Positions 9,154 through 18,119 are shown, numbered from the stretch's first letter. The stretch is DNA of 36,432 bases from Candidatus Woesearchaeota archaeon (GCA_964466575.1 CAYXNP010000008.1:9060-45491), one strand, 5' to 3'. The notes: generated by a model not told the origin, from the sequence alone. Program-made: numbers and translations.

Positions 9154-9609
9154 TTGTTATTAATCGCTTGTTAAGTAAACCCTATCTTAATCTGAAAAAC
9201 CCAATAAACCCAAAATTGTGCTCACTTTGTTCGCATATCTTTATAGTTAATATTATCCGACGAAGTCGCAAATTTTATAATTAAATATCTTAGATAATTT
9301 AAATAATATGTTTGTTTGATTCAAGAAATGTTAAGTTAGCAACTTGACTTAACATCACCATAATATTTTTAAATTCTGATGATTAGATTTTTTTATGGAT
9401 AGGAATGTGGATAATGATCGTGAAAGATTAGAGAGAGAATTATTGGTAGAATATGATTCTTTAAACCAAAGAAATCCAAAACATCCTTTACTTGGACTTA
9501 TTTAGGGAAGAGATGATGGATTTGTTTTTACTTCTTTATTTGATAAACATTATTGTGGCGGAACGATTAAAAGAAAATATGAAAAGTATGTTGAAGAATT
9601 AAAGGCAGC

Positions 9610-9882
9610 TTAAAGATTTCTCCAAAATTTATCTAACTTATCACATTCAGTTTCTTTCATTTTTTCAGTGATTAAATAAATAAAAGAATATACTGCTTCT
9701 AATAATTGACCTGGCCGGGAATTTTTTTGCGCATAACTAAGAAGAAGGCTATGCAAGTATGGATTTTTTGCTGCTAAATGCGCGCTAATTTCGCTTGTTA
9801 TTTCTGTTCTTTTTTCTGCGAACTCCTCCATTTTTCTTAAGTAGAATTCTTCGTCTATTTCTGGCAAATCATCAAGCGCCAT
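9610..9882 (-). CDS. Hypothetical small protein (90 aa), overlaps the RFC-L stop by 11 nt (co-transcribed)
   Basis: ORF track; no family recognised. Confidence 0.35.
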   Translation of the reverse strand: MALDDLPEIDEEFYLRKMEEFAEKRTEITSEISAHLAAKNPYLHSLLLSYAQKNSRPGQLLEAVYSFIYLITEKMKETECDKLDKFWRNL

Positions 9883-11095
9883 TTTCCAAATAAGTTATTT
9901 CTTCTTCGCTTAACTTTAATTCTTTTTGCACATCTGGGTTTTGTAGAATTGGTTTGAGAGTGTTGAATTCAGACATTGCGCGTTTTGAACCGATGTGAAC
10001 GTATTTTGCATATTTGACTGCGATGGTCTTTTTTTGGGCGTTTTTTTGATTTGACATCCAGATTTTTAAAATTCGTGTTGGTTTTTTGTACGACGTGAAA
10101 CCTGTGTTAGGAGTTTTTGTTGAAAGTTTTGACGATGAAATTCCGTAGCTTAAGAAAATGTTTTCGTAAATTAAGAAACGCCAGTATTGTTGTTTGTAAA
10201 TTCTTCCTTTGAATAAATCTGCTTTTGATAAATAATCGAACGCAGTGTACAATTCTTTGTTTTTATATTCTGATGGAATATTTTCTTCGAGCCATAATAA
10301 AATTTGGTCGAGGGGCATATTGACCTCGTCGAATATTCTGAGTGTTTCAGGAGTTGGTTTTCCTTTGAAAATTAATTTTAACGCGTTGAAGATATCCTTT
10401 TCTTTGTTTCTTTCATCGAGCATTTCTGAAGTTATATTTTTTGAATCTGTTTTTGATAATGTTTGTATGTCGTTTATTGCTGCTCTTATATCTCCTTTTG
10501 CTTTTATTGAGATGCTTGTTAAGATGTTGTTGTCAATGAACAGGCCTTCTTTTTTGAGAATATTTATTAAAATGTCTTTTGTTACTCTGTATTCAATTTC
10601 TTTTAATTGGACGAGCTCTGATTTTTGCCTTAGTTGGGAGAATTTTTTGTCCCAGATGTTGTTGGCTGTTACGATAACCGGATATGTTGTTGTGGAAATT
10701 AAATCGAGTAGTTCCTGCAAGCCTCCGCGGTCAACTGCTGAAATGCCGTCGACTTCGTCTACTAAAATTATTTTTTGTTTGTTAGAAGAAAATAATGATT
10801 GCTGTTCAATTGCTGGTTTTAAGACTTCGTCGAGTTTTTTTCTGTCTCTAAAATCAGATGCGTTTAATTCGAATATTTCTGAGTTTGTGTCGAGCGCAGC
10901 GACGTGAGCGAGTGTTGTTTTTCCTGTGCCCGGCGGGCCATGTAAAATTAAAACATTTTTTTTGCGGGCTTTTGTTAATGCTGCAAGAAAGAAACTGTTA
11001 ACGAAATTTTTTATTTTTTTTATAGCTTCGTCTTGACCTTTTACTTCTGGGAATGATTTCGGACGGTATTTTTCAACCCATGTTTGTGTTTGCAT
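9872..11095 (-). CDS. rfcL: Replication factor C large subunit (short, 407 aa)
   Basis: N-terminus WVEKYRPKSF, Walker A LILHGPPGTGKTTLAH, Walker B ILVDEVDGI; the AAA+ clamp-loader pattern. Confidence 0.85.
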   Translation of the reverse strand: MQTQTWVEKYRPKSFPEVKGQDEAIKKIKNFVNSFFLAALTKARKKNVLILHGPPGTGKTTLAHVAALDTNSEIFELNASDFRDRKKLDEVLKPAIEQQSLFSSNKQKIILVDEVDGISAVDRGGLQELLDLISTTTYPVIVTANNIWDKKFSQLRQKSELVQLKEIEYRVTKDILINILKKEGLFIDNNILTSISIKAKGDIRAAINDIQTLSKTDSKNITSEMLDERNKEKDIFNALKLIFKGKPTPETLRIFDEVNMPLDQILLWLEENIPSEYKNKELYTAFDYLSKADLFKGRIYKQQYWRFLIYENIFLSYGISSSKLSTKTPNTGFTSYKKPTRILKIWMSNQKNAQKKTIAVKYAKYVHIGSKRAMSEFNTLKPILQNPDVQKELKLSEEEITYLENGA

Positions 11096-11405
11096 TTTTT
11101 GTTAAAGAGGTTTGATTTTATAAAGATTTATTTGATGATTGATTAGTTTTAAAAATAGCTCACTCGCAAGCTCGTGAGTATCATAGCTTCGAACTGGCTT
11201 CTCGCACAGTTCTACGCAGAAGGGAAAGGTTAATCTAAAAAAGTTTTGATGTAGTTATTTTAATTGATATGACTTATAGATATTATTAATATTAAATTCA
11301 AGTTAATATAAATGGGGTTGAATGACGCGAGTTTGCGAATGCTTGATGCCCTCCAATTTGAATCCCTTATTATGTGGAGTCTAGTTCGTGATTTTTTCAG
11401 ACATC

Positions 11406-12365
11406 TTATTTCCCTATCCCAGCGAGGACAAAACTTGCTAAGAGGGATTGCAATTGGATAAATGTGTCTGAGCCTTCTGTGATTCTGAATTCTGTTTCGC
11501 CTGTTTTTTCAATGAGTTTCATTTTCAGCTCCGGCTCGACGGGAAGATTCCAAATTTCTTTTTGAATTGATTTTATGATGTCTTGTCCTGAGACAGATTC
11601 TTTCAACATTATGTCTAGGAGTTTTTCTCTGGCCTCGACGAAGTTTCCTGATAATGCGTAATCTAAAACTATTCTGACGTCTTTTGGTTTTGAGCCTGCA
11701 AGAATTGTTGAAATTAAATTAGCAGTTATTGTCGGAGAAATTACTGCGGTTGACTGCAAAAGGTTTATACTTCTACGACAGTCGCCCTCGCTTCCGTCAT
11801 AGAGTATTTCTATTGCTTCCTCGTCGATGGTTAGGTTTTCATTTTCAGAAATTTTTTGAATTACTTTTTCAATGTCTTTTTTTTCGAGAAGTTTGAATCT
11901 GAAAATTGCGCAACGTGATTGTATTGGGTCAATGATTTTTGATGAGTAGTTGCATGATAAAATGAAGCGGCAGGTTCCAGAGTAGTTTTCCATTGTTCGT
12001 CTTAGTGCTTGCTGGGCTTCTTGAGTTAGCGCGTCTGCTTCGTCGAGGAAGATTACTTTGAATGGCACGTTGCCGAGTGCTTTTGTTCGCGCGAAGTTTT
12101 TTACTTTTTCCCGGACGATTTGGATTCCTCTTTCATCTGAAGCGTTTAGTTCTAGGTAGTTTTCTTTCCATGTGTCTTTGTAAAGTTGTTTGACGACGAC
12201 TAATGCCAATGTGGATTTTCCTGTGCCGGCAGGACCGGCGAACAATAAATGCGGTATGTTGAATGATTGTGTGAATGATTCAACTCTTTTTACAATGTCG
12301 TTTTGTCCGAGGACTTCTTGAAATGTTGAAGGACGGTATTTTTCTGTCCAAATTTCGCTTGTCAT
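11406..12365 (-). CDS. rfcS: Replication factor C small subunit
   Basis: WTEKYRP, Walker A GPAGTGKST, DEAD-like FLDEADAL, and the SRC motif (IQSRCAIFRF). Confidence 0.9.
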   Translation of the reverse strand: MTSEIWTEKYRPSTFQEVLGQNDIVKRVESFTQSFNIPHLLFAGPAGTGKSTLALVVVKQLYKDTWKENYLELNASDERGIQIVREKVKNFARTKALGNVPFKVIFLDEADALTQEAQQALRRTMENYSGTCRFILSCNYSSKIIDPIQSRCAIFRFKLLEKKDIEKVIQKISENENLTIDEEAIEILYDGSEGDCRRSINLLQSTAVISPTITANLISTILAGSKPKDVRIVLDYALSGNFVEAREKLLDIMLKESVSGQDIIKSIQKEIWNLPVEPELKMKLIEKTGETEFRITEGSDTFIQLQSLLASFVLAGIGK

Positions 12366-12423
12366 AAAAAGTTAAAACTGAAAGGACTTTTAAAGATTGT
12401 TGTGAAGAAGAAGCGTTTAAGTT

Positions 12424-12783
12424 TCATTTCACAAACTCGACGTTTTTGAATTCTTCAAATTCTTTGTCTCCTGTTAGAAAGACAAGGTTATTCTTTATTG
12501 CAGTTATATATCCAATACAATCTGCGTAAGATAATTTTCTTTCTTTGTTCTTATAACGAAATATTGCAGATTCTATTGCTATGTTTTCGTTAATTTCTAT
12601 AAGGACAAAATTTAGTTTGTTTAATATCTTTTTAATTTCTTTTTCATGAATTTCTCTTAAAAGAAAATATGTTACTTCAGAAAGATTTAAGGAATTTGTT
12701 AAAAAAGTTTCTTCTTTATACTTTTCATAATTTGGACTGCCTTTTATGATTTCTATTATCGCATAAGAATCAAAGAACTTCAT
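12424..12783 (-). CDS. PIN-domain protein (VapC-like toxin)
   Basis: N-terminal MKFFDSYAIIE with a conserved Asp, a later acidic LTGDKEFEEF; 4-bp overlap with the upstream antitoxin gene. Confidence 0.6.
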   Translation of the reverse strand: MKFFDSYAIIEIIKGSPNYEKYKEETFLTNSLNLSEVTYFLLREIHEKEIKKILNKLNFVLIEINENIAIESAIFRYKNKERKLSYADCIGYITAIKNNLVFLTGDKEFEEFKNVEFVK

Positions 12784-13025
12784 CTTTTAATTCCCCAAAG
12801 CTCCTCGTCAATTTCATTCATTATTTCTTGTGTAGATTTTTCTGGTCTTTTTAATTTTCCTTTGAGGATTCCAAATACATCTTTTACTTTTGTTTTGTTT
12901 TTTGTTTCAACTATTATTTCAATTTCCATTCCGTCTTTAATGTCTTGTTTATCGACAATGCTTTTTGGAAGTATTACGCCGAATGAGTTTCCCCATTTCC
13001 TTACTTTGACATTTGTTTTTTCCAT
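12780..13025 (-). CDS. AbrB/SpoVT/MazE-family antitoxin (VapB-like)
   Basis: Swapped-hairpin signature VKVRKWGNSFGVILPKSIV; translationally coupled to the PIN gene. Confidence 0.65.
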   Translation of the reverse strand: MEKTNVKVRKWGNSFGVILPKSIVDKQDIKDGMEIEIIVETKNKTKVKDVFGILKGKLKRPEKSTQEIMNEIDEELWGIKR

Positions 13026-13322
13026 AAGTTATACATGTATAATTTGTATTTAAGGTTTTCGGAGAAGGACTTTTAAAGATTGTTGTGAAGAAGATTAATC
13101 TAGATTTATTTTTTATCACTATTATTATCATTATTATCAAGTTGAATTCCGTTAGCTATGATTCTTATTCTCGCGAAGAATGCGCGAACAAATTGAATTT
13201 TATTTAGAACGAGCTCGTCTTAATTTACGTTTGCGCTTTTCTTTCCTAAGACGTTTTCGCTGCCATTTCCAGCGCATTTGTCTTTTCTTTTTCCATCGTC
13301 TGCTTGATCGCTTCATAAAAAA

Positions 13323-13976
13323 TTGGAGAAGAATTTAGTTTTTAAAGGTTATTGTTTTATTAAAAATATGAATATTCAAGAACTTAAAATCCATCATGAA
13401 CGGAATAAATTTCTTATTAGAAAAAGATTGGATGAATTTCGTAAAATAATTAAAAGTAAAGATAAAAAGGAATATTTTAGGGAGTTGTGTTTTTGTTTGT
13501 TGACGGCTGGAACGTCAGCAGAGCTGGGAATAAAAACAATAAATCATCTTGGAGGGGTTATTTTTTATGGGAATGAAGAAGATATTCTTGAAAGTTTGAA
13601 AGAAGTTTATCGGTTTTATAATGTTCGCAGCAGATTTATATTTTTAGCTAGAGATAAATTTAAGTTAATAGATTTTACTAAGGGGGGAAATGAATTGAGA
13701 GATGAAATTGTTAAGAATATTTTGGGTATTGGATATAAGGAGGCTTCGCATTTTTTGAGGAATATTGGATATAAAGGATATGCTATTTTAGATAAGCATA
13801 TTATTAATTGTTTGTTTGAGTTGGGAGTTATAGAAGAGAGTAATCCTCCCAAAAATAAAAATGAATATTTAGAAATTGAAGAAAAGATGCGGCAGTTTGC
13901 GAAAAAAATAGAAATTGATTTCGATGAATTGGATTTAGTTTTGTGGAGCTGGAAGACGGGGAAGATTTTGAAATAA
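13323..13976 (+). CDS. ogg: Archaeal Ogg2-family 8-oxoguanine DNA glycosylase/AP lyase (HhH-GPD); alternative start ATG 13368
   Basis: HhH motif with the catalytic Lys and Asp: LGIGYKEASHFLRNIGYKGYAILDKHI; size about 200 aa as for Ogg2. Confidence 0.7.
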   Translation: MEKNLVFKGYCFIKNMNIQELKIHHERNKFLIRKRLDEFRKIIKSKDKKEYFRELCFCLLTAGTSAELGIKTINHLGGVIFYGNEEDILESLKEVYRFYNVRSRFIFLARDKFKLIDFTKGGNELRDEIVKNILGIGYKEASHFLRNIGYKGYAILDKHIINCLFELGVIEESNPPKNKNEYLEIEEKMRQFAKKIEIDFDELDLVLWSWKTGKILK

Positions 13977-14019
13977 AGGTAACAATTAATTTTATAAATG
14001 GATTATTTGATGTTCTTTT

Positions 14020-14544
14020 ATGGATGAAAGGTATTCATTGAAAGATGTTGCGAGGCTTGCTTTTGAAGATTGGGAAGATTTTGTTGATATGGTGAAAATA
14101 AAAGGAATTCCCATAGATTTTTCTCTTAATTTAGCTGGAAATGATTATAGAAATATTTTTTTAGAAACAGACATTGAAAAACTTAGCAAATTAGTTGTGA
14201 GTGAACTTGTTTTTAATTCAATGAAATCTACTTTGGCGATAAGTGCATTAACAGATATTCTGAGGGAGAATTTTAATAAATCTCGTTTTTTAGAGAGACT
14301 TCCAAAAGTTGAAGTTGGATTGTATTCTAGAGATAGAGAGGATGTTTTGTATGTTGAAGATAATGGAAAGGGAATTTCTCCAGAAATAAGAAGTAAGATT
14401 TGGGAATATGGTTTTTCTACTTTTGGGACTACGGGTATTGGACTTGTGGGAGTTAAAAAGACCGTGAGTGAATATCGTGGAAGAATTGAGGTTGAAAGTG
14501 AAGAAAATGTGAGAACTCGATTTTCTGTTTATTTTCCAAGATGA
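14020..14544 (+). CDS. Standalone GHKL/HATPase_c domain protein (174 aa) with no HisKA or sensor domain
   Basis: N-, G1- and G2-box-like motifs: YVEDNGKGISPEIRSKI and GFSTFGTTGIGL. Confidence 0.55.
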   Translation: MDERYSLKDVARLAFEDWEDFVDMVKIKGIPIDFSLNLAGNDYRNIFLETDIEKLSKLVVSELVFNSMKSTLAISALTDILRENFNKSRFLERLPKVEVGLYSRDREDVLYVEDNGKGISPEIRSKIWEYGFSTFGTTGIGLVGVKKTVSEYRGRIEVESEENVRTRFSVYFPR

Positions 14545-14597
14545 TTAATTTGTTTCGCTTGACGAGGATAAATGTAAAATACTTTTAACATAATTGT

Positions 14598-14939
14598 TCA
14601 TGAAAAATCTTTTTTTATTGCAGATATTTCTTTTTTAAGATAAGGAATGTCTTCGTGAACTGTTTTCCATACTGTCTCTAAATTTACTCCAAAATAATGA
14701 TGCATTAGTTTGTCTCTCATTCCTGTAATTTTTATCCAAGGCACATTATTATATTTCTTTCTAAAACTTAAAGGCAGATTTTTGACAGCTTCGCCGATTA
14801 TTTCTATTTCCCGGATTACTGCGCTTTGTTTCTCTCTATTTTCAAAGAACTTTTCTTTTGAGACATTCATCATAAACAATTCTATATTTTTTATATTATC
14901 AAGTATATGGTTTATAAAAATAAGAGCGTTCTTTTTCAT
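14598..14939 (-). CDS. hepT: HepT-like (DUF86) toxin of the HepT/MNT module
   Basis: Rx4HxY motif (RDKLMHHY) near the C-terminus; 4-bp overlap with the upstream MNT gene. Confidence 0.7.
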   Translation of the reverse strand: MKKNALIFINHILDNIKNIELFMMNVSKEKFFENREKQSAVIREIEIIGEAVKNLPLSFRKKYNNVPWIKITGMRDKLMHHYFGVNLETVWKTVHEDIPYLKKEISAIKKDFS

Positions 14940-15223
14940 ATTATTCTTACCTCTTCAGAGAGAATTTTATCTTTAAGATAAGGGCTGATTCCGCCATAAG
15001 TCAGTAAATCAACTCTTTTTTTTAGGGCTTTCTTTAATTCTAATTCTATTCCAACTAATGTCATTAAACTTTCATCACAATCAATTAGTATGTCAATATC
15101 ACTATTTTTTTTGTTATCTCCTCTTGCATAGCTTCCAAATAATCCTGCTTTTGCTATATTATGTTCTTTTAGAACTTTAATTATTTTTGTTATAATTGAC
15201 TTATTATTTTTCATTATATGCAA
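14936..15223 (-). CDS. mntA: MNT-family nucleotidyltransferase antitoxin
   Basis: GSxARG...DxD motif: GLFGSYARGDNKKNSDIDILID. Confidence 0.75.
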   Translation of the reverse strand: MHIMKNNKSIITKIIKVLKEHNIAKAGLFGSYARGDNKKNSDIDILIDCDESLMTLVGIELELKKALKKRVDLLTYGGISPYLKDKILSEEVRII

Positions 15224-15304
15224 AAGCTCATGAAGTTTTTAAATATTGAGTTTTATTTTGGCTTTAGATTTTCTTGTATTTTTCTAAACAAATAGATGGA
15301 TTAA

Positions 15305-15907
15305 TTATCTTCTCATATTTCTTGTGATTAGTTTAGAAACTATTTTGTAGATTAGATAAAGAATTACTAATGAAATTATTATCAGGATGAAAGCGTATTT
15401 TCCGATTTCGAGATATTTTATAATTTCGTTTAGCGTGCTTCCGAAAAAGAAACCGAGCGAGGTGTAGAGAATTGTTAATGGAAGAGTTGTTATTATTGAG
15501 ACGATTAAAAATTTTCTAAGAGGAACTCTTAATGCGCCGGACATAAGCAGAGTGATTGTTGAGAGCGGTGCAGTTGGTTTTCCGATAATCATTGCCGCGA
15601 GAAAGTTTTTGTTAAGTTTATTTTCTAATTGTTTTATTTTTGATTTTTTTATTCCCCATTTTGCTCCGTATTTTTCAACGAGGGATTTTCTTAAATAGAA
15701 TCCAACGCTGTAATGAATTAAGTCACCAATTACATCGCCTAAGAAAGCTATTACAAAAATTATCCAGATGTTGAAATAACCAAGAGAGGCAGCGAAGGAC
15801 GCGAACATTGTTGTCAAAGGACCTTCGGCGATCATTAAGAATAAAATTGCGACATATCCAAATATTTGGAATTCTGAAAATCTTGAAATTAGTTCTGGAT
15901 AATTCAT
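15305..15907 (-). CDS. DedA/SNARE-associated (VTT domain) family membrane protein
   Basis: Multi-pass TM with DedA-like motifs (GDVIGDLIHYSVGF, PLRKFL). Confidence 0.6.
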   Translation of the reverse strand: MNYPELISRFSEFQIFGYVAILFLMIAEGPLTTMFASFAASLGYFNIWIIFVIAFLGDVIGDLIHYSVGFYLRKSLVEKYGAKWGIKKSKIKQLENKLNKNFLAAMIIGKPTAPLSTITLLMSGALRVPLRKFLIVSIITTLPLTILYTSLGFFFGSTLNEIIKYLEIGKYAFILIIISLVILYLIYKIVSKLITRNMRR

Positions 15908-15908
15908 T

Positions 15909-16271
15909 TTACTCTTTTTCTGATGATAATATTGAAGTTATGATTAGGATTCCTAAAACAGAAATAATTGTAATTGTAATTGCTTCAATTAGTTTTCCCT
16001 GGATTGGACTAATACCTGCGGTTATGTTTACCCATTCTGTTATGACCTCTTTCCATGTTAAGGCTATTAAAAAACCAAATGCAGCGACGATTGCAGTGTT
16101 AATTGATTTCTTGAATTCGGTTTTGAATGCTTTTGCAGAAGATTTTGCTTTTGAATGAAGGTGTTTTAGTCTTGAAACTTCTTGTTTGAGTTCTTTAACT
16201 TCTTGTTTTTTTTTGAGTTTTTCTTTTAGTTTATTAGTCTTTTTGTTTTGTTGTTTTTCTTTTTCTGGCAT
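15909..16271 (-). CDS. Small membrane protein with Lys-rich coiled-coil N-terminus and two TM helices
   Basis: ORF track; tightly linked to dedA (1-nt spacing). Confidence 0.4.
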   Translation of the reverse strand: MPEKEKQQNKKTNKLKEKLKKKQEVKELKQEVSRLKHLHSKAKSSAKAFKTEFKKSINTAIVAAFGFLIALTWKEVITEWVNITAGISPIQGKLIEAITITIISVLGILIITSILSSEKE

Positions 16272-16352
16272 GAATTTATGAAGAAAGGTTGATTTTTAAG
16301 TTTTTGTTAATTTGGAGCGTGTCTAAAAAATAGTTTTTTCTAATGGTTTATT

Positions 16353-16431
16353 CCGACGCAATTTCATAGTCCCACCATCCACTCCCCTACCACCCGCCCG
16401 AGTAGTTAGTGAATTAATGAAATTCCGTCGG
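16353..16431. repeat. Stem-loop repeat family copy C: stem CCGACGCAATTTCAT/ATGAAATTCCGTCGG enclosing CCCACCATCCACTCCCCTACCACCCGCCCGAG; flanking sequence GTCTAAAAAATAGTTTTTTCTAATG is shared with copy D
   Basis: Direct comparison with 34098-34340. Confidence 0.6.
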
Positions 16432-16593
16432 TAAATAATATTATATTGAATGAATTATTCGACACGCCCGTTAATTTGCTTCGCCTGACGGCTCAGTTAT
16501 TAAAGAGAGTTAATCTAGATTCATTCATTCATAAGTTGAGTTACTTGCTTTTGCTTTGTTTCACCCCCTCAACCAAGCCAGTATTTTTGGTAT

Positions 16594-16639
16594 TCTAAAA
16601 ACTTATAAATGATTAAATTATAGAAATTTAATCATTAAA
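16594..16639 (+). promoter_or_regulatory. tRNA promoter module (TTCTAAAAACTTATAAATGATTAAATTATAGAAATTTAATCATTAAA) with a TATA-like element about -26; duplicated at 16978..17037
   Basis: Exact duplication of about 46 bp immediately upstream of two tRNA-Glu 5-prime modules. Confidence 0.5.
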
Positions 16640-16858
16640 GCCCCTGTAGTATATGGAGGCCAAGTATGTCTATTCGCAACCCCACTCGAAATTCGGGCGA
16701 TTTGAAAGTCTCGCGAAGTTGCTTTACTCGCGACCCCGCTCCACCACCATCGCCCAAAGAACCTAAACGCGAAGTCGTTCGCCCTCTCAGCCGATCTAGC
16801 ATACTTGGATTTATTATTTGCAGAGGAATAAATAATTAAATCATGCAAACATGATTTA
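16640..16858 (+). pseudogene. Degenerate tRNA-Glu-like module 1: intact-looking 5-prime part (GCCCCTGTAGTATATGGAGGCCAAGTATG) followed by about 180 nt of unrelated structured sequence; no T-arm or acceptor 3-prime strand
   Basis: The 5-prime 30 nt is nearly identical to the functional tRNA-Glu at 17038; CCAAGTATG pairs with a downstream CATACTTGG, and there is an anticodon-loop-like CCCTCTCA. Confidence 0.4.
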
Positions 16859-16863
16859 AAGAA

Positions 16864-16977
16864 GCCCCTGTAGTATAGAGGCCAAGTATGCCTATTCGAG
16901 CCCACGACTTGCTATTAGTATCATTAGATTGTTCAAGTCGTAAACTCTCACCCTCTCAACCGAGTTCGGCATACTTA
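16864..16977 (+). pseudogene. Degenerate tRNA-Glu-like module 2: 5-prime part identical to tRNA-Glu through position about 30, then a hairpin unit (CCCACGACTTG...CAAGTCGTAAACTCTCACCCTCTCAACCGAGTTC) and a complementary GGCATACTT; no acceptor 3-prime strand
   Basis: Direct reading; fused fragments of an anticodon loop (CCCTCTCA) and the T-arm start (CCGAGTTC). Confidence 0.4.
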
Positions 16978-17037
16978 ATTCTAAAAACTTATAAATGATT
17001 AAATTATAGAAATTTAATCATTAAAGCCCCTGTAGTA

Positions 17038-17193
17038 TAGAGGCCAAGTATGCCGCCCTCTCATTACCGAAGTTTAGTCGATGAGATGGTAACTTCAGTC
17101 CCCTTAGGACAGGTATCCTTGTTATATCCTCTGATTTTTTCAAGGATATTTCAGAGAACGGCGGTGACCCGAGTTCAAATCTCGGCGGGGGCA
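17038..17193 (+). tRNA. tRNA-Glu(CUC) with an 83-nt intron at the canonical 37/38 position (exon 1 17038..17075, exon 2 17159..17193 including discriminator A; CCA not encoded)
   Basis: Manual fold: acceptor GCCCCTG/CGGGGGC, D-arm GTAT/GTAT, anticodon stem CCGCC/GGCGG, loop CUCUCA with anticodon CUC, T-arm CCGAG-TTCAAAT-CTCGG. Intron ends were inferred from stem complementarity; the BHB was not verified. Confidence 0.7.
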
Positions 17194-17246
17194 TTAGAAC
17201 TAATAGGGCGAAATATTTATAAAGTAGGGCTTTATTATATTTCTTA

Positions 17247-18119
17247 ATGAAAACACCATTTGGAAAAGTTAATATAGAGCGTATTGAAATAATTAAGCGT
17301 GCGTATGAAATAGAGGGGAGAATGACTTTAAGGCGTTGCTTTTATGTTTTATATGGAAAGGGAAAAATAAAAAATTCAAAAAGCGCATACCAAAGTTTAT
17401 CACAAATATTTCTTAAAGCGAGAGAGTTGGGTTATTTAGATTGGAATATTATAGAGGATAGGCACAGACAAATTTTAAGAAGAACTACTTATAGTGATTT
17501 TGATAGTGCGTTTGATATTTTGTGTAAATATTATAGAAAAGATAGTATGTTATCACAAGATAATTATGTTGAAGTTTGGATAGAGAAAGACGCAGTTGCA
17601 GGAATTGTTTATGATTTAACGTATGATTTAGATGTGTTGCTACTAGTAGGGAAAGGATTTGTTAGCGGAACACATTTAAAAAAAGCGAGCGATAGATTTA
17701 AAGAAATTGATAAACCAATTACTATTTTATATATTAGTGATTATGATTGTGAGGGTGAATTTTTTAAAAGAAAAGCAGAAGAGAAATTAAAAGAGTATGG
17801 TTGTGAAAACGTTAGTATTAAAAAAATTCTTTTAACTAAACCACAAATAAAGAAATATAAGTTATTAATTAATTTTGTTGAATTTAAAAAAGAACAATTA
17901 AGAAAAAATTATGTTCAAGAATTTAAGAAAAATAATAAAGATTTAGGGAATGACGGAGAAATACAAGTTGAGTTAGACGCGCTTTCTAACATAGAATTAA
18001 AAGTGATTTTACAAAAAGAATTAGATGATTTGGTTGATAGCAAAATAGCAGAATTATCAGATACGGAAAGTTTGAAAGAGGTTGAAAAATGGAAAAAGAA
18101 AAATTTAAAAATAAAATGA
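17247..18119 (+). CDS. Standalone Top6A/Spo11-like protein (5Y-CAP with RxxFY plus a Toprim domain), Mini-A-like; first gene of the integrated element
   Basis: MTLRRCFYVLYG (a candidate catalytic Tyr with Arg at -4 as in Spo11 RDIFY), Toprim glutamate motif VWIEKDAVAGIV (compare Top6A/Spo11 VEKDAVF) and DxD motif YISDYDCEGE about 50 aa later. Confidence 0.55.
   Translation: MKTPFGKVNIERIEIIKRAYEIEGRMTLRRCFYVLYGKGKIKNSKSAYQSLSQIFLKARELGYLDWNIIEDRHRQILRRTTYSDFDSAFDILCKYYRKDSMLSQDNYVEVWIEKDAVAGIVYDLTYDLDVLLLVGKGFVSGTHLKKASDRFKEIDKPITILYISDYDCEGEFFKRKAEEKLKEYGCENVSIKKILLTKPQIKKYKLLINFVEFKKEQLRKNYVQEFKKNNKDLGNDGEIQVELDALSNIELKVILQKELDDLVDSKIAELSDTESLKEVEKWKKKNLKIK

Noticed and set aside
10245-10907. 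220-aa ORF antisense to rfcL
   Set aside because: It lies fully inside the well-supported RFC large-subunit gene on the opposite strand, has a Ser/Phe-rich low-complexity translation, and is a likely artefact of AT-rich antisense.
16300-17200. Possible CRISPR array, because of the repeated about 30-nt units
   Set aside because: The repeats are not regularly spaced, their spacers are unequal (about 190 and about 130 nt), and the repeat is clearly the 5-prime part of a tRNA-Glu gene with a promoter. No cas genes are present.
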